From Octopus vulgaris (taxonomy: Eukaryota), in NCBI GenBank assembly GCA_951406725.2, contig OX597833.1:6448001-6512000 (forward strand): a DNA stretch of 64,000 nucleotides. Direction: 5' to 3'. Below, piece by piece: positions 56,936-64,000 of this stretch (position 1 is the stretch's first letter; every line of letters begins with the position of its first letter). Position numbers and translations under genes: made by a program. Under the pieces are notes generated by a model, which was not told the DNA's origin, ran no database searches, and worked only from the letters and a program-made list of their open reading frames with translations.

Positions 56936-56979
<44 letters not shown>

Positions 56980-58081
56980 TGTGTGTGTGTGTGTGTGTTG
57001 GTGGCTGATTCTTCTCGCAGACGTTTGATGTCAACCGTATTGTGTGCTGGAACCCTTTCATGACACGTGACTGTTAGACATCGATGAATAGGAGTGGGGA
57101 GTGACAGGAGAGAGAGAGAGAGAAAGAGGTAGAGAGAGAGTGTGTAAGAGGAAAGGGAGGAGACAAATGAATCGTGGTATTATCGATCCATGACAAAAAT
57201 TGTAGAGTTTTCAAGTTAACGGACATTTTTTTTTTTCAAACGGAAGACAGTGACGGCCATGACAACGATGATGATGATTATTGAGGTGATCGTGGTGGTG
57301 ATGATGATGATGATGAAGACGAAGACGATAATAATGATGATAACGATGCTGATGATGACGAAGTTGAGAATGATCCAAACGATAGTCGTCAAAGACAAAG
57401 ACGACGACATCGACGACGAAAAGTGTAATAACTAAATTTTAGTTTCTAACGTCAAGAGAGCACCGTGCCTCTGAAGAAACAGACTTCACGATCACGAGAA
57501 GAGGATTCCCATTGTCTGGGAGGAAACTAATTGCCATTATGAGATTTTACAACATCGAATTTACGACTTACGCAATATGTATATGCATACAAGCATACAT
57601 ACATGTATGCATGCATGCATACATACATACATACATACATACATACATACATACATACATACATACACACACACATACGCATACATACACACACACACAC
57701 ATACGCATGCATGCATATACACACACACACGCATGCATGCATATACACACACACATGCATGCATATATACACACACACACACACACGCATGCATATACAC
57801 ACACACATGCATGCATATACACACACACATGCATGCATATACACACACACACATGCATATACACACACACATGCACACATATACACACACACACATATAT
57901 ACACACACACACACACACACATATATACACACACACACATATACACACACACGCATATATACACACACACACATATATATACACACACACATATATATAC
58001 ACACACACACATATATACACACACACACATATATACACACACACACATATATATACACACACACATATATATACACACACA

Positions 58082-58129
<48 letters not shown>

Positions 58130-58171
58130 AGTATGTGTGTGACAGGTATCTTCAGATGCAGTCCATGCTAC

Positions 58172-58212
58172 TCCAGACTGATGACGAGAAAAGACTGAAA
58201 CTAGTCTCTGGA
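58172..58212 (+). ncRNA. Type-I hammerhead motif with canonical core (helix II damaged)
   Basis: TCCAGA-CTGATGA-CGAGAAAAGACT-GAA-ACTAGT-C-TCTGGA: perfect 6-bp helix I, palindromic helix III, GUC triplet. Confidence 0.75.
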
Positions 58213-58506
58213 TGCAGGCTTAGCTGTTGGGGGTGCTTGTCTCCCCTTTGTAAACATAAGGACAAAGGAAATGTGTCAAGGCCGACAGGAAGCGTTGATG
58301 CTTCCTAGGGCTAAACAGCGGTGGTGTGATTCCCTTTATGGGACTGTCACGTTAAGTTGACAGCATACAACTGCTCTATCGTTCCACCACTGCTTATATG
58401 TCTCTGAGATATTTAGAAATTTTATATTTCTAATATATATATACATATTCACATGTATACGCATATGTATGCGTCTGGTGTGTGAGTGTGCGTGTGTGTG
58501 TGTGTA

Positions 58507-58542
<36 letters not shown>

Positions 58543-58841
58543 AGTGTGTTTGTGCGTGTGTGTGTGAGTGAGTGTGAGAGAGTTTATTCAGATGATATCA
58601 CTTACAATACTAGGTCTGTTTCTTTCATATTTCAAAATCATCAGAGCGGTATCATCTGATTAAGCAAGTATCTCCACTCTACTGTATGTATTTTTGAGTA
58701 CTATACATTACATTCTTTGTCTCCTGGATTTTAAAATGAGTATCTGCAGAAACACGTTCACATGCACACACATATGGACAACACACACATTCATCTATGT
58801 ATGTACTATTATACACACACACACTTTTGTATGAATATATA

Positions 58842-59650
58842 CAGTACCGCGCAAAAGTCTTCCGCCACTTTAAACTATTCTAAATTTCTACTAAGTGTCA
58901 ACTTATAAGAGAATGTTTCGCATTGCGTTTTTTACAGATGAGACATTGGCTCTCTTAGAGTCAATTCCATACCTAATCATTATATTTTGTAGCAGGGGTT
59001 CTGAATGGGAGGGAAACATGCGAGACGACCACCAAAAATGGCAGTGCAAAAGTTTTCAACCACCTCACATAAACCAATCAAGATACAGTGTTTTAAAACA
59101 GAAAAAAATGTCTATAATGAAGATTTATTACATAATGTTCATTTCAAGAAGTTACTGTACATTGTTAATATTTTGTGTAACTTCCCTTAGCTTCAATAAT
59201 GGCTTCAATACACCTGGGAAGAGATGCGTACAAATCCTTTACCATCTTCACATGTATGACATATCATTCTCTGTGGCTGAGCTCCCACAACCCTTCAAGG
59301 TTGTGTGGATTCTTCTGATGAACTTTTCTCTTTAGTTTTGTCCATATTTGCTCGGTGACATCTAAGTCAGGGGCTCTGATCCGGCCAATCTTTCAATACG
59401 GTGACACCTTCATCAGCCAAACTCTATGACATGGAGCTCCGTTATGCTGAAAAATCTCACCTTCATCCAAGTCTGGTATCAAATTGTCTTTCAGCAACTG
59501 GATGTCTTTGGCACTGTTCAAGTTACCGTCAATTTTAACCAACTTTCTTGAACCATCACTTTTTATGTATCACCAGAGCATCAGACTCTTACCCACAAAC
59601 TTTACTGTTTTCGTCGTGTTACGTGGGTCGTTTCGTTTTCTAATAAGCAA
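58842..59650 (-). mobile_element. Decayed Tc1-like transposon
   Basis: TA|CAGTACCGCGCAAAAGT TIR-like end; minus strand FQHNGAPCH and DWPDQSP/DLDVTEQIW (WPxxSPDLNxIE motif, frameshifted). Confidence 0.75.
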
Positions 59651-61055
59651 GAATTTGTCAGAAGGCTTCAAGGCGTGCGTGCATGCGCGCATTTTCGTGT
59701 GAAAAGTCAGTTATAACGTAATTATTAGCGAATAATTAAGGCAATAATTCTAATGCCACTAATTTTCTGATGTACTCTTGATAACCAAATAAAAACTTCC
59801 ATCCAGATCCATTGAAATGAAAGACCGTAACTAAGTTGAACTAGACCTGAAGCAACAACACAAGCAATAAACCTAGAAGCAGTCCCACGTTACACAACAG
59901 AAAGCCCCCTAGGCTTGTGGGACCACGAATAGGAATATAACATATGCTGAATGAAATACTTTGGGCGGAACCAAAAAGGACAATGTATAAACAGCTCCAT
60001 ACACAGCACAAGAACTACTTGAATCGAAACAGATATAGAAATCCCATCATCAGCTGCTGCATTAAAAATAGAATCAATGTGGTTTCGGCGCCAAGCAATA
60101 CCATTCAATTCAACGTTGTCTACAGCGGCTCCCAAGCCAATTTCATCGCTGCTCTGTTATTGTATGACATCACACATATGTGATAAGTGACAAAATCGTG
60201 TCCACAATATATAGCATGCGTGTCATTCCGAAACAAGAACGACATAAAAAGCTGAATTTATAGAAGCTGCCAGGAACCCAACAGGATGCTAACAAAAACA
60301 TTTTGATAATTGAAATTAAATGACAAACAAACGTTATAATTACGGTTAATTAACAGAATTAAAATAATAGAAATAATCTAGCGCTTACTAAACTTACGAT
60401 TAATAACTACGACGACGGAATTAGATACAACGAGAAAGGATATTACACGTGTTAATTAAACTACAAACCAATTAAATTGTAATTAGCATCAAGAAAATCA
60501 CGAACGATAATTACACCGAAGAGCTAACATACGTGTTGCATTAACATTCCTGACATGCTCAATAAACGCACATAATTTATTTGGAATCCAAAAAGATTCA
60601 AACCTGAATCATAGAACCATAAAAGAAGTTAAAAGGTTAAACGAATATTGAACTAATCATTGCTTAACGAAATTAAGTAAGAGTAAGAAACAAGCATAGA
60701 TTGTTGTACAGGAAACTTTCGTATTCACAACGGCTACGACGACGAAAATAGATAAAACGAAGAGAACGCTACGCTAGCAAGAGTTCAATAACAAAATGAA
60801 CTAAATTACAGGAAGTATTGACGAAAACGAATAGAGCATGTATAAGGAATGAGAGTGCTCAATACCATATGTAGAGCTTAATTAGTTGTATGTATCTATA
60901 TATATATGTATATATATTTATATAATGTATTATATATATATATGTATATATATATGTATATATATATATATATATATATGTATATGTATATATATATGTA
61001 TATATATATGTATACGTATATATATATATATTATATGTATATATATATATATATA

Positions 61056-61175
61056 CAGTTCTATATGTAACTCCCCACGGGCATATGGCGTAGTGGTTAA
61101 GAGCGCGGGCTACTAACCCCAATAGTCCGAATTCGATTCCAAGCAGTGAACTGAATAATAATGAAAATAATGATG

Positions 61176-61230
<55 letters not shown>

Positions 61231-61385
61231 TAATAATAATAATAATTACATCAACAGGAATGAGAACCCAGGTTCGAAAATTCCCCAAAACATCTGATGA
61301 AGGCTGGCGGGTATATCAGCCGAAACGTTGTGTTAAGAACAAACAAGAAGAGGACAAATATCCGTCAATAGTATATAATATGTAT
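61056..61385 (+). mobile_element. tRNA-headed, (AAT)n-linked, hammerhead-tailed SINE-like element
   Basis: tRNA-like 61079-61153 (A box TGGCGTAGTGG, GGG-CTACTAA-CCC arm, B-box-like ATTCGATTCC); (AAT)n 61154-61247; HHR 61289-61334. Confidence 0.65.
61289..61334 (+). ncRNA. Intact-looking minimal type-I hammerhead
   Basis: AACAT-CTGATGA-A-GGCTG-(10 nt)-CAGCC-GAA-ACGT-T-GTGTT: helix I 5 bp (one G-U), helix II 5-6 bp, palindromic ACGT helix III, GUU triplet. Confidence 0.8.
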
Positions 61386-61386
61386 A

Positions 61387-61422
<36 letters not shown>

Positions 61423-61883
61423 CACACACATTCAATATATATGCCCACAAATGCATATATATTTATATACATATGCACACGCATGCATATATATTCATAT
61501 ATATGTACACACGCATGTATATATTATCATATATACATATACGCACATGTATATATATTCATATATATATATATACACACATGTATATATATATTTATAT
61601 ATATATATACACACATGTATATATATATATATATATTTATTCATATACATATGTACACATGTATATATATATAATCATATACATATATACTACCATGTAT
61701 ATATATTCATATACATATATACACTCATGTATATATATTCATATACATATATACACTCATATATATATATTCATATACATATATACACTCATATATATAT
61801 ATTCATATACATATATACACTCATATATATATATTCATATACATATATACACTCATATATATATATTCATATACATATATACA

Positions 61884-61945
<62 letters not shown>

Positions 61946-62283
61946 CATTCATAAAGATGGGAAAATAAGTCAGAAATGATGGCGGTATCTTTTCTTTCGT
62001 TGTTTGTATATTTATGTTCTGATACGAAAATCTTTGTATTTTCCTAAGGAAACGTTAGGATACCGCTTAATCCTTTTATCTTGCGTCTTTATGAAAAGCA
62101 TTTAAACAGCTTTCCATCTTTTCTTTAGGAAAATGCAGACTTTTTTTTTATATCTGTAAATAAATAACTAAATGAATAATGAAAGAAAAAATATCTCCAT
62201 CGTTTCTGACTTGCTTTTCTATCCTTGTTGATATATTCCACAGCACACTACCAATAACTTTTAGCCATGTGTGTGCGACTGTG

Positions 62284-62321
<38 letters not shown>

Positions 62322-62332
62322 CATACACACAT

Positions 62333-62372
<40 letters not shown>

Positions 62373-63121
62373 GTACATATACATTTATCAACACATATAT
62401 ACATATATATTCATATATATACATACGCACACACGCATATATATATACATTTATACGAATATATATATATACACACACATATATATGGATATATATACAT
62501 ATATACACATGTATATATATATATGTGTATATATACATATGCATATTTATACGTATACATACCTATGCATGTATATATTCATACATACATATAAATGCAT
62601 ATACACGTATACAAACATATATATGCATATATATGTATACAAACATATATATGCATATATATATGTATACAAACATATATATGCATATATATATATATGT
62701 ATACATACATATATATGCATATATATATGTATACATATATATATATATGCATATATATGTATACATACATATGCATATATATATATGTATACATACATAT
62801 GCATATATATATGTATACATACATATATATATGTATACAAACATATGTACATACATTTACGAACACAAACATATATATATACACATACAGACATATACAC
62901 ACACAAACACATATATGACTGTTAGTTTGTATAGATATGATAAAAAAGTGACGACGTGTCACAAAATCATTGAAACATGGAAGACGAAAGCTTAGAAAAA
63001 CTGTGACTGTTCTGTGCAAAATGGCGTTTGCTATGTTTTCATTGGCGGAACAGAGATCGGTCATTGATATGCAACAAATGATAAGGAAACGGTGAGCGAG
63101 TGATCTAAGTCATGATGAAAA

Positions 63122-63392
63122 TCATATCATCGCAGGCTCTTCGTCGATATCGACGAGGGCGAACCCATGTGTATCGCAACGAATTGTAGCATTATAAATA
63201 GGCCATTCTTTAACCCTGGGGTTCAGGTCATTAAGCTCTTCCACGGGTCTAGGCAGATAAATTTTGGGGCATGATTCTGAAGAGTCGATCTTCGATTTTC
63301 TCTCTATGACGCCCCATGCATCAATGATTGCAAATACTATTGCATAATACTTTATATTCACGAGGTTGGTTTGCGATGAAACAATTGTAAAT
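63122..63392 (-). CDS. Candidate terminal coding exon of an unidentified host gene
   Basis: Acceptor TCTTTTTATTTCATAG| at 63393, then 1 nt + 89 sense codons of non-repetitive protein-like sequence (FTIVSSQTNLVNIKYYAIVFAIIDAWG...CDTHGFALVDIDEEPAMI*). Upstream exons would lie outside the window. Confidence 0.5.
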
Positions 63393-63744
63393 CTATGAAA
63401 TAAAAAGACTTGCCATTCCCCTTCGTTTCATAGTTACATACCAATCTATCTATCTATCTGTCTATCTATCTGTCTATCTATCTGTCTATCTGTCTGTCTA
63501 TCTATCTATTTAATTATTTCTATCATTCAGCTGCTGCATCACTCTCTAACTTTCTCTCTCTCTTTCCCTCTCTCTCACTTTCTCTGTGTCTCTCTCTTTC
63601 CCTCTGTTACTATTCCTGTCTTTCACCATTTCTCTTATTCTATTTGTCATTCACAATAAATATATCTTAATCTTTCATATACCTCTCCTTCTATCTCTCT
63701 CCCTTTCTCTCTCTCTCTGTCTGTCTCTCTCTCTCTATCTCTCA

Positions 63745-63786
<42 letters not shown>

Positions 63787-63952
63787 TTCTTTCACACCGT
63801 GTCTGTGTATGTATGATATATACATACATATACACATTCATACACATATATTTGTACGTATGTGTGCGTGTGTACGTGTATATGCGTATGGCTAGATACA
63901 TATAAATATATAGCAATATGTGCCAATGTAAATGTGTGTGAATCTGTATGTG

Positions 63953-63994
<42 letters not shown>

Positions 63995-64000
63995 TATATA

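Noticed and set aside
61079-61153. Functional tRNA gene (also SINE heads at 12122 and 34998)
   Set aside because: Acceptor and T stems do not pair properly; these are tRNA-derived repeat heads.

Overview
Repeat-dominated, AT-rich animal genomic DNA. It is most likely an octopus/cephalopod scaffold, an inference from the SINE families and the extreme (TA)n/(CA)n/(TACA)n/(ACT)n microsatellite load. Almost all ORFs in the six-frame track are microsatellite translation artefacts. Supportable content: one 100-N assembly gap; 5'-truncated CR1-type LINE fragments; a decayed APE+RT LINE; Tc1/mariner remnants (one DD37D); a Helitron-like element, a HINE-like element and a MITE; several tRNA-derived SINE families, some with clear TSDs; Penelope-like retroelement (PLE) pieces, including a 2.4-kb near-perfect palindrome encoding a GIY-YIG endonuclease fragment; a canonical CTCF motif; and one candidate terminal coding exon (63122-63392, minus strand). 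The most striking hidden layer is about a dozen dispersed minimal type-I hammerhead-ribozyme (HHR)-like motifs, read by eye. They are mostly embedded in microsatellites and carry diverse core variants. They include a tRNA-headed, HHR-tailed SINE-like element (61056-61385) and two HHRs attached to densely folded 200-250-nt domains (10490-10668, 58165-58395). No activity or database identity could be tested.
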